Origin: Podarcis muralis
Taxonomy: Eukaryota
Length of the DNA stretch: 64,000 bases
NCBI RefSeq assembly: GCF_964188315.1
Contig: NC_135659.1
Location: 84,630,001 to 84,694,000 of the forward strand
Reading direction: 5' to 3'
Part shown: one piece after another, positions 10,312 through 20,400 of the stretch
Position numbering within the stretch: position 1 is the stretch's first letter
Layout of the letters: each line of letters begins with the position of its first letter
Made by a program: the position numbers and the translations under genes
The notes under the pieces: model-generated
Told to the model about the DNA's origin: nothing
What the model saw: only the letters and a program-made list of their open reading frames with translations
Database searches by the model: none

Positions 10312-10345
10312 TCATAGAATCATAGAATTGTAGAGTTGGAAGGGG
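10312..10345 (-). mobile_element. CR1 extreme 3' tail
   Basis: CATAGAATCATAGAATTGTAGAGTTGGAAGGG. Confidence 0.7.
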
Positions 10346-11464
10346 ATGAACAGGCTTGGGATTTGAGAAGGTGAATTGCAGTTGCTAGTCCCTTAAAAAA
10401 AAGCAGTACTCACAGAAACATGTGTACCATTACTTCTTTAAAGTGTTGACTTATTTGTTGGTAATCTCTTTGTCAATTCAGGATCCGTATTCCTCCTTCA
10501 AAACTGTTTGGGTTCAGGTACACATACTATGCAGCCTGATTTCCAGGGGAGAAAAACTTGAGCCCAGGCTACATCATGCTCAGGTCTTTTCCCACAGGGG
10601 CATTCTGGATTCATGTCACTGACACTCTGCACGTGCTTAATGGCACTCTCTTCTTTGTTAGTGGCTCACAAACCCAATGTTGGAAATAGAGGGCTTGAAA
10701 CAAAAGAGCCATGACTGTTTGAAAAGCGACCAGCTGCTACCGTGTTTTATTAAAAGCAGTTCCTTTGGCCTCTCCTGAGTCAACTTCATGGGATGATATA
10801 TTTCTCCTATTGCATATTTCCTAAACTGGTAACAAATTTGTTACATGAGGCCTTTGCTTGACTTGGCCAATCAATTTCACCGGACTGTGCAAACCCTTCT
10901 GCTCTGTCCCCGCCCTCCGTGTATCTTCCCCTTCTGAGCTATGACTTCAGATGCTACAGTATAAATAATTCCAGCAGCACCCACAAGCATTACAGAGTTC
11001 CAGCGAGAAACCCTGTTCTGGAAGGATTTACAGCTTGGCTGTAAGAGTGGCGTCTGGATGCAACTTGGCACGCAAGGTCTCACCATAAGAGCCCATCCGT
11101 TGGGTCATAAATCAATCCAGTTATTTTTAAAAGAGAGCCCCGCAAAGCACAAAGTTTCATCATTCGCTGACACTTCCTTGATCTCAACATGCACCTGAAT
11201 TCCACGGGCCAGCAAAAAGTCACTGCCACAATGGATTTGCAATCATTTCAAAATTGATGCTGATCTTTTTAAATAGCATTTGTACAGATTCTTAGTTTTT
11301 GGAGAAGGGCGCGGGGAAGAGCTTGGCTTACAGCAAAGCTCAAGTGAGCCGCGGAACTTGCTCGGAATGCCATGTCAGGATTCCAGCCCTGGTACGTGCG
11401 AAGGAGAGAAATGACAAGCCTATGGCTCCCAATCCAGAAAAAGTCATAAGATCATGAATGATAA

Positions 11465-11720
11465 CTCTGGCCAAAGGCTCTTCCAGGTCAGCATCCTCCT
11501 CTCACAGCAGCCAACTGGGTAGCCCAGAAGCAAGACCTGAGCGCAATAGTGCTCTTCCCAGCTGGAAACTTCTAAGAGGAAAATGGACAGAAGCTGCACT
11601 GGAGACCTCAGAGTCCCATGCAAGAACATAAGAAGTGCCTTCCAGATGAGGCCAAAGATCCATCCAATCTAGCACTTTGGTCTTGCAGCGGCCAACCAGT
11701 TGCCCATGAGAAAACCACAA
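11465..11720 (-). mobile_element. Degenerate CR1 3'UTR fragments (AAGAACATAAG-tailed subfamily)
   Basis: AAGAACATAAGAAG..GGCCAAAG.CCATC..TCTAGCA..GCGGCCAACCAG; reverse-complement similarity to 15445-15690. Confidence 0.55.
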
Positions 11721-11785
11721 GTATTTTCATTATTTACTTAATTATTTGTTAAATTTGTAGACTAAATTTGTTAAATTTGTAGACT

Positions 11786-12149
11786 GGGACGCGGGTGGCG
11801 CTGTGGGTAAAACCTCAGCACCTAGGGCTTGCCAATCGCATGGTCGGCGGTTCGAATCCCCGCGGTGGGGTGCACTCCCGTTGCTCGGTCCCAGCGCCTG
11901 CCAACCTAGCAGTTCGAAAGCACCTCCGGGTGCAAGTAGATAAATAGGGACCGCTTACTGGCGGGAAGGTAAACGGCGTTTCCGTGTGCTGCGCTGGCTT
12001 GCCAGATGCAGCTTCGGCACGCTGGCCACGTGACCCGGAAGTGTCTGCGGACAGCGCTGGCTCCCGGCCTATAGAGTGAGATGAGCGCACAACCCTAGAG
12101 TCTGTCAAGACTGGCCCATACGGGCAGGGGTACCTTTACCTTTTTACCT
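11786..12149 (+). mobile_element. Sauria SINE, variant subfamily
   Basis: GGGACGCGGGTGGCGCTGTGGG head, conserved core, GGGGTACCTTTACCTTT tail; CpG-rich. Confidence 0.92.
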
Positions 12150-12200
12150 GCAGGTCTCAGAGTGGTGCCAATTAAAATCATGATATAAAAACAGAAAACG

Positions 12201-12578
12201 GTAAAAGGTAAAGGACTCCTGGATGGTTAAGTCCAGTCAAAGGTGACTATGGGGTTGTGGTGCTCATCTTGCTTTCAGGCCGAGGGAGGTGGCATTTGTC
12301 CACAGACAGCTTTCCAGGTTATGTGACCAGCATGACTAAACCGCTTCCGGTACAACAGAACATCGTGACAGAAGCCAGAGCACACAGAAACACTGTTTAC
12401 CTTCCCGCCGGAGTGGTACCTATTTATCTACTTGCACTGGCATGCTTTCGAACTGCTAGGTTGGCAGGAGCAGGGACTGAGCAACGGGAGCTCACCCCGT
12501 TACGGGGATTCGAACCACCGACCTTCTGATTGGGCAGCCCAAGAGGCTCAGTTGTTTAGACCACAGCACCACCCGCAC
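12201..12578 (-). mobile_element. Sauria SINE, older subfamily
   Basis: GGTAAAAGGTAAAGG tail, core CTTTCGAACTGCTAGGTTGGCAGG, head ..CACAGCACCACCCGC. Confidence 0.9.
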
Positions 12579-12639
12579 CTTTTCGTTTACCTAAAAACAC
12601 AAATCACACAACAAAAACAAAAACAACCTAATACCCCCA

Positions 12640-13078
12640 ACACATTTTAAAAGAGCATTGGATATCAATCAGCCAAAGGCCTGGTTAAAGAGGAATGTTT
12701 TCGAATGGTACTTAAAGGTGTATAATGAAGGCATCAGGTGAACCTCCCTGGGGAGAGCATTCCACAAATGGGGAGCCACTACCTAAAAGGCCCTTACTTG
12801 TGTTGCCACCCTCTGGATGTTTTGTGGAGGCCGCACATGAAGAAGGGCCTCAGAAGGTGAAATGAGGGTCTGGGAAGGTTCAAATGGAAAGAGGCAGTCC
12901 TTGAGATATTGCGGTTCTGAGCCATTTAATGCTTTATAGGTCAAAAGCAGCACTTTGAATTGGGCACAGAAACTAATTGGCAGCCAGTGCAGTTGGACCA
13001 GGATCGGTGTAATATGCTCAAACTGTCTTGCTCAGGTGAGCAACCTGGTGGCCGAATTCTGCACCAGCTGAAGTAGAA
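12640..13078 (-). mobile_element. Old L2 LINE ORF2 C-terminal fragment (tail probably at 11722-11785)
   Basis: GAGCATTCCACA..GGGAGCCACTAC..AAGGCCC and AGCACTTTGAATTGGGC..GGCAGCCAGTGCAG are reverse complements of L2 motifs seen at 5400-5700. Confidence 0.7.
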
Positions 13079-13104
13079 CCTGAGTGCCACAACACATGCC
13101 ATTC

Positions 13105-13390
13105 CCAGCAACCAGAATTCAGAGACATATAGCCTCCAACAGTGGAGACAGAATATGGCCATTGTCCTCCATGAATTTGCCCAGGCCTCTTTTAAACCCT
13201 TCACTGCCACTGCCTCCTTGAGTAAGCTCCACAGCTTAACTATGTGCTGTGTGAAGAATAACTTCTTCCAACTTTCAGCTTCATGGGACAGCCCAAAGTC
13301 CTAGATTTGGGAGAGATGGAGAATAACTTCTCTCGGTCCATTTTACCATGCATAATTTTATATACCTTTATCACATTTCCTCTCACTTGG
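13105..13390 (-). mobile_element. Highly degenerate CR1 fragment
   Basis: CTCCATGAATTTG..CTTTTAAA..TTCCACAGCTTAACTATGTGCTGTGTGAAGAA pattern of CR1 ORF2 end/3'UTR. Confidence 0.5.
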
Positions 13391-14030
13391 AATGGGATCT
13401 GCAGGACTGTAGATTCCAAAGCAGACTAAAGCAGACTAACCATTTGGTCCAGGTCATGTTCCACCTGGATCAAGTCAGATGAGCCCATTTGGGATCCAAG
13501 TTCTATGGATTCCTCCTCCGTCTCTTTCTGTGAGGTAGGTTAAGCAAAGAGATAGTGCCTGTTTGAAGTATGCTCTCTTCAGCCCAAGTCTAAGATTCTT
13601 TCCACGATTCCACACTGGCTGTTCTGCCTTTAATCTTGTTGTCCCCAGCTTTTAAATTTGTCATTTTACATGCCCTAGGCCAAAAAGTAAAGATGCAGCG
13701 CCCTTGTTTTCAAAAAGGCACGCTAAAAGTTTAGGACTGGGTGCTTGATTTAAATGCATGAGCATATTGGAGCCTTAATTATCCAAAGTGCAACATGTTC
13801 CCCTACGTATAACCTTTTCAGTGCCACTCTGTGTGTAAACAGCATATTGCAGTATCACAGAATGCAAATTATCCAAATATTTCCTAATGTTTCCCCAGAC
13901 ACTTTAGATAAATATAGTTGCACTTAGTTAACTGTCCAGGAAGGAAGGAGAGCTGAGTGTAAGATCTAACAGACTTCCTAGATCCAATATCCCCTTTCCT
14001 TTTGGAAAGAGCCACTGTGCATGTCTAAGC

Positions 14031-14608
14031 CAGGGGTTGGCAAACTAAGGCCCGTGGGCTGGATCAGGCCCAATTGCCTTCAGGATCTGGCCTGCGGACT
14101 GTCCGTGGATCAGCGTAGGGATTCTGTTCGTTCGGGCTGCACCATCTCCCCCCTCCGTGCCATTCCATTTCCCCCCCTCTCCCTCACACACACCGCAGCA
14201 CCACCTCCTCACTCCCTCCCTCCTCCTGGTTTCTCCCCGCCCTGCCTAGAGGAGGAAGGGGGCTGGGCTGAGCTGGCTGGGCACCATTTTAAGCAGCCCC
14301 TCTCCAGAGCCAGCCCTTTTGCACTGCTCATCTTCCCTCCGCTGCCACCCTGGTGCTCCTGTGGGCCAGAGAGCGGAGCATACGAACTCGATCTGCCTAC
14401 CCACAAGAAGCAGCAGCAGCAGCAGTGGTGGTGGCAGCAGCCCCTGGGAAGGTAAGAGCAGCAGCTGGTGCTGGTGCTGGGGAAGAGGACTACTTGCTCC
14501 CCTTGCCTCTTCTTCCAGCACCCCCCCCCCAGTGCCGCTTCTCAGGCCCACCACAAGGTCTGAGGGACAGTTGACCAGCCAGCGGCTAAAATTTTTTGCC
14601 GACCCCTG
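14031..14608. mobile_element. Non-autonomous hAT (Charlie-type) element, 578 bp, GC-rich
   Basis: TIRs CAGGGGTTGGCAAA / TTTGCCGACCCCTG; perfect 8-bp TSD GTCTAAGC (14023-14030, 14609-14616). Confidence 0.92.
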
Positions 14609-14628
14609 GTCTAAGCCCAGGGTTCATA

Positions 14629-14972
14629 AAGGAAAAGGGTAAAGGGACCCCTGACCATTAGGTCCAATTGTGGCCGACTCTGGGGTTGCGGTGCTCATCT
14701 CGCTTTATTGGCCGAGGGAGCCGGCGTACAGCTTCTGGGTCATGTGGCCAGCATGACTAAGCCGCTTCTGGCGAACCAGAGCAGCGCATGGAAACACCGT
14801 TTACCTTCCCACCAGACCGGTACCTATTTATCTACTTGCACTTTGACGTGATTTCAAACTGCTAGGTTGGCAGGAGCAGGGACCGAGCAACGGGAGCTCA
14901 CCCCATCGTGGGGATACGAACAGCCGACCTTCTGATCAGCAAGTCCTAGGCTCTGTAGTTTAACCCACAGCG
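14629..14972 (-). mobile_element. Sauria SINE, slightly 5'-truncated
   Basis: Reverse complement of 7340-7684 family sequence. Confidence 0.92.
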
Positions 14973-15444
14973 AAAAGAACAATATAAAAATTCAATTGAC
15001 AAGTAGATAAGATAATTTATTACGGTCAAAGACCAGCTCGCATAACACAATAAAAACAGCGTTCATAAAAATAAAATATACAATCAGAGCAGATTGCAGC
15101 AAATTGCAGCAATATTGCAGCAATAGCTCAATTGACGTAAAAATATGAATGGATTTTTTGATTTGGTAGGTTTGCATTTAGGTTTATACTTTGGGATATC
15201 AGGATTTTTGCAATCTTCAATTTAGGGCCTAGCATTTAAAATGGCAGAACATAAAATTCTCTCCCTTATACACAAAATTGCTTAGCGGTACACGTGTGCC
15301 CAGTCAAGGAAGCATTGCTTTCATTCTAAATCTGCTTTGTATTTCCTCAGTGATGCTAGTTTTGTTTCCATATTTGATTACTTCTTTACACAGCACATCA
15401 CTCAGCTATGGAGGCAGCAATGGCCGCCAGTCTTGTGGGCTTTA

Positions 15445-15690
15445 AGAGAGGCTTAGACAAATTCATGGAGGAAAGGGCTTTCCATGGCTACTAGCCATGA
15501 TGCCTTGGCTTTGCCTGTATGGTCAGAAGAAGCAATGCTTGTGAATACCAGTTGCTGGAAACCGCAGGAGGGGAGAATGCTCTAGTACTCAGGTCCTACT
15601 TACAGGTTGTCCATTGGCATCTAATTGGCCACCGTGAGAACAGAATGCCAGATCAGATGGACCTTTGCCAGCTCTAGCCAGCTCTTCTTA
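15445..15690 (+). mobile_element. CR1 3' end, older long-3'UTR subfamily
   Basis: GCTTAGACAAATTCATGGAGG (LDKFME ORF2 end) followed by ..GTGAGAACAGAATG..GATGGACC..CTCTTCTTAT. Confidence 0.65.
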
Positions 15691-16000
15691 TATTTTGATC
15701 AGCTAGGTAGCATTGTGGTGTTATTGCATTCACTGCTTGACCGGAATCAGTCTAGGCAAGGGGAAACCTTTGTGGCTTAGGGCCCTCGTACTTACAGAAC
15801 CACCTCTCCTGGTATGCCCCACAGAGGACCTTAAGGTCCATGAATAATCATAGTTTAGAGGTCCCGGACCCTAAGGAAGTTAGATTATCCTCCACCAGGG
15901 CCAGGGCCTTCTCAGTGATGGCTCTGACCTGGTGGAATGCTCTAGGTCCATGAGACCAGGGCCCTGCAGGATTTAACTTCCTTCTGCAGGGCCTGTAAGA

Positions 16001-16250
16001 AGAAGAAGAAGAAGAGTTTGGATTTGATATCCCTCTTTATCACTACCCGAAGGAGTCTCAAAGCGGCTAACATTCTCCTTTCCCTTCCTCCCCCACAACA
16101 AACACTCTGTGAGGTGAGTGGGGCTGAGAGACTTCAAAGAAGTGTGACTAGCCCAAGGTCACCCAGCAGCTGCATGCGGAGGAGCGGAGACACGAACCCG
16201 GTTCACCAGATTACGAGACTACCGCTCTTAACCACTACACCACACTGGCT
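16001..16250 (-). mobile_element. Squam3-type tRNA-derived SINE, full length
   Basis: Minus strand: AGCCAGTGTGGTGTAGTGGTTAAGAGC (A box), GGTTCGTGTCTCC (B box), L2-like tail and (CTT)n; 8-bp TSD CTGTAAGA (15993-16000, 16251-16258). Confidence 0.85.
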
Positions 16251-16431
16251 CTGTAAGACAGAACTATTCTGCCTGGCTTTCAATTTGAACCTGGCCTGAT
16301 CTTTTGTTCCCCTTCTTTCCCTCCCCCTCCCCTTTTTGTGAAGATTGCCCGCTCTGGGAACCCACAGCTGGTTCTTCCCTGGTCTCCTCGCTGGCCCAAG
16401 TGGGACTAATTTAGCCAGCTAGCCCTGGTGA

Positions 16432-16623
16432 TCATAGAATCATAGAATCATAGAGTTGGAATAGACCACAAGGGCCATCGAGTCCAACCTCCTGCCAAGC
16501 AGGAAACACCATCAGAGCACTCCTGACATATGGTTGTCAAGCCTCTGCTTAAAGACCTCCAAAGAAGGAGACCCCACCACACTCCTTGGCAGCATAATTC
16601 CACTGTCAAACAGCTCTTACTGT
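16432..16623 (-). mobile_element. CR1 3' end, young subfamily
   Basis: Near identical to other young CR1 copies; TCAT duplicated at both ends. Confidence 0.93.
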
Positions 16624-18925
16624 TCATCTAATGTTTATTGGATGGATTTCCCCCCAAATTGCTTTTTGATTCTTGATTCTATTGTTATTTACACTTTATA
16701 CCGTATTTTATGCTGTTTTTTGTAGCATGAATTAAGTGCTTTAAATTTGATGTTAGCCGCCCTGAGCCCGGTTTCCTGAACCGGGAAGGGCGAGGTATAA
16801 ATAAAAAAAAAAATGTAAAAGGAAAAAGAAAATTGTAGCTAGGGGAAATAGGGAAGCTCCACCAAATCAACCAAATTCCACAGGCTATTTCATAGGAATG
16901 CCGCTTCTCCAAATGGCACTTCCACTCGCCCAACCAAAGCATTTGAGTGGGAGCTGCCACAAGTGTGCAGTGCGCTTTCATGTGTGAATGCATGGATTTA
17001 AATAGCTTTGCAATCACAGGCAGACGCCAAATTGCAATGTCTTTTGCATTTGTTGAGACTGTATCGCAAATGACAGGTTAGAATTTGGTTAGAAACCAAA
17101 CCGTGTACACCACTGCTCAAGGCATACATCCACAACAGTGTCAGACTCTACCCAGTACAGTCAGAGAGACGGCACTCCACGGCATTAATAATGGTAATGG
17201 CTTAAACACAAACATTTCCTCTGTGCGTTTCTCTCCCCCCGACACACGGCCCCACCCTATTTTTCCTTTTGTTGAATAATTCAGCTTCTGTAGAGGCTCC
17301 GCTGACCTTTGCTTGATAAAGTCATATTTCCGAGCATTCGCCTGCATTTGGTATTTTTAATCAGGTTCAAGTCCACTGGCTACACATCAGAGCTGAGAAT
17401 AATGATGCTACAGATATGTATTTTAGCCAAATGATGTTCTCTCTGCCACACGCGCAGCCCCCAAATCACTGAGTTGTTAACTAAAGTGTAGGAGAATTTA
17501 TGATGCTAAATAAAACCGGGGAGGAGGGAGAGAAAAAAAAGATGTTTTAATAAGATGAAAATCCAAATGTTAAAATAATGAGCCATCTGTATGGGTGGCC
17601 CTCTCCTGAGATATGCCAAGAGCTTTACCATCTGTGAAACATTTACCAGCTGTTTCCTTCCTTTCTTTTCTTTTCTTTTTCCCCCCTTTTCGGTAAGAAC
17701 ATAAGAAATCCTCGTGCAACTGACACATCCTAGGGATGGCAGCAGGTTCGTTCAGCTTCAAGACGTTGTCTCAAAACGAGCCTGGGTAGAATAAACCTTG
17801 GGAAAGATGTGTGGGGTGAGTTTGGGTGGGTGTACGTTTGTGCGCACTGTTGCCTACTCTTGAAATCTCCCCTTACCTGAAGTTCTGACAAATCACTCTG
17901 GACAGGAAGCCTGTTTCACATTAGGGCACCTCCGTTAACAGTCTTTAGCATTTTGTTCGTTAAGGCGAAACAAATTTCGTTTTGTTGTTGTGCTCATCCA
18001 GGATAATTCCAGGAGCTCTCTGTGCATTCGCGTTCATCCTCCTTACAATAAGGGAACTGTGTTTTTCCCCCTTTTCTATTTATAGGGTGGGTTTAGTACT
18101 TTATGCACACAAAAACAAACGGTGCCAGACTTGCCTGCCTGCCCCCTTTAAACATAGCTAACAGCTGTGTGCAAAATTCGGGGCTGCTGGGGGAGAGAAC
18201 AGCATTGTCGAAAAGTGATCTGTGTTTGCAGAGTTTGCTGCAGACTTGGCTGTGCAGGCGATGCGATTTTGCAAACAGAGGAAACAATACATTGGGAAGT
18301 TCTCCTTTGGCATAAAGGGCGGATGCACGAGAAGCCAGTAAATGCTCTTGCTTGGCTCCCATTCCCTTCAGTGCAGGAGAACTAAATGGACCGTGCCTAA
18401 TATTTTTAAAACAGGGAAGAAAAACAGAGATTTTCAAGCTGTGTTTTGGGGAACACTGATGTGTGTGTGTGTGATTTCAATTGAGAGCATAGTGGGGCAA
18501 AGATTTAAAGCCCTTGCCCTCCCCCCCAAACACCATGGTCCAGATCCAGCTTTTGTTCAACAAAATTCTGCTGTGTAACAACAAACTTTGACGAATGCCA
18601 CAATCTACAATGATCCTCATCACAGATACCTGCACTATTGCATTTCCCCCTGGTGCTCGTATTATCACCAGGTGGCTGAGTTTGGGAACTACCATTTAAA
18701 TTTTCCACAGTGTCCCCTTACCCCTCCCCTCAAATGTGGTGGTAGCATACACAATAGCTAGCAATGGCTGAAATGCGAACAACAACAAAAGCCAGCTATA
18801 ACTTCTTTTTTCTTTGACAGAATTGGTGGAAATGTATAGGCATGTTAGTCCCCCTAGAGTATTCAAAGCAAATAGGATCATGGGATTTGTGCTGGACAGC
18901 TCTGGAATTTGGTCTGTGCACCCCT

Positions 18926-18926
<1 letters not shown>

Positions 18927-18960
<34 letters not shown>
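18927..18960. repeat. (CA)n microsatellite
   Basis: Direct reading. Confidence 0.95.
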
Positions 18961-18962
<2 letters not shown>

Positions 18963-19655
18963 TATTTTATTGGCAGAATTGGATTAAATTTGCTGGCTTG
19001 TTCATTGCTTCTGATGGAATGATTACTGCCAAATTTCAGAAGGATAACTTGAGTGGTTTTTCTGCAAGGGCAGCCATTACAGTTTGGGGTGGTTTTAAGA
19101 AAATCTCGAATCCCCCCTATTGTTATATAGGCAATTTGTGTAAAGTAGCATGCATATAAGATAGTTTCTTCTAGGGAAGAAACCTACCAAATTCCAGACA
19201 AACAGGTCGAGAGGTCTTTTTTTTGGGGGGTGTGTGTTCTAGGCACCTTTAAAGTTGACTAGGTGGGGGAAGAGTAGAATGGATGTGCATTCGTCCTTGT
19301 GATGGTTTGTGGCATGTGATATTACAAAAACGGCCTGCTTTGTAGAGATGCGCCAAGGAAAATAACCTGCAATATATCAGAAAGGAAACACAGTGTGTTT
19401 CACAAACACACCTTCATTGTGTTTTAAAAGGCACTTTGGAAAAATATGCTTTAGTCTGGATTGCTTTGGAGAAATCCCACTACTGCCACAAATCTTTCCA
19501 AAGCAGCCTCACTTTGATTTCATCCAAATCTTTTCCACACTCCTAGAAACTATGCTACAAATCAGGAAGTCCCTATTTGAATTTCATCTCAATTCCATCA
19601 ACGGTGTCTCCAAAAAATTTTGCACATCACTTGGGAAGACAGGTGAACTAATACC

Positions 19656-20178
19656 AGTGTGCTGGAAGAGAGCAAAGATCACCAGTGTTGAAACAATGAT
19701 TCTTCAACATCAACTTTGTTGGACTGGTCATATTGTGCGGAAGCCTGATTACCATCTTCCAAAGCAACTACTCTATTCCAAATTTAAAAATGGAAAGCGT
19801 AATGCTGGTGGTCAACAAAAGAGGTTTAAGGACTCTCTCAAGCCAAATTTTAAAAAACATAGTATAAGCACCAACAATTGGGAAACACTTGCCTGTGAGC
19901 GCTCCAGTTGGAGAACAGCCTTTACCAAAGGTGTCATGGGCTTTGAAGACACTTGAACTCAAGACGTAAGGGAGAAACATGCTAAGAGGAAGGCATGCTT
20001 GGCAAACCTTCACCATGATCAGTTCCCACCCAGAAACCAATGTCCCCACTGTGGAAGGACATGTGGATGCAGAATTGGCCTCCACAGTCACTTACAGACT
20101 CATTGTTAAAACCGTGTTTATGGAAGACAATCTTACTCAGCTACGAGTGATGGCCAAAGAAGAAAGAAGAAGAAGAAG
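19656..20178 (+). mobile_element. RTE-clade LINE 3' end (non-BovB)
   Basis: QLCWTGHIVRKPDYHLPKQLLYS..GGQQKRFKDSLK, then same-frame CPHCGRTCGCRIGLHSHLQTHC* C2H2-like end, short 3'UTR and (GAA)n tail. Confidence 0.9.
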
Positions 20179-20279
20179 TAGTAGTATGGGAGGCAGAGCA
20201 AGCGTACAACCATTCTCTTCATGTGATGGGCCAGACTGATGGAGGAGGGTATCAAGTGATCCCTCTTGGGTGGCCTTAA

Positions 20280-20400
20280 TGACTCTCTCAACTTCACCTT
20301 CTCACCTGTAATGTGGGGATATTATATTAATACTGCCTGATTTGCATGGCTGTTGTAGGGATTACAGCAAGGCAACACATGCAAAGGACTTGAATACTTT
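20280..20400 (+). mobile_element. Possible ancient CORE/MIR-like SINE remnant
   Basis: CTCACCTGTAATGTGGGGATTATATTAATAC..GGCTGTTGTAGGGATTA resembles the CORE block. Confidence 0.4.

Larger units (their letters stand above)
15775..16812 (+). mobile_element. L2 LINE 3' end (subfamily B) interrupted by a SINE and a CR1
   Basis: AGGGCCTTCTCAGTGATGGCTC..TGGTGGAATGCTCT, resumes as AAGACAGAACTATTC after the SINE, ends TTAGCCGCCCTGAGCCC..GGGCGAGGTATAAATAAA. Confidence 0.85.
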
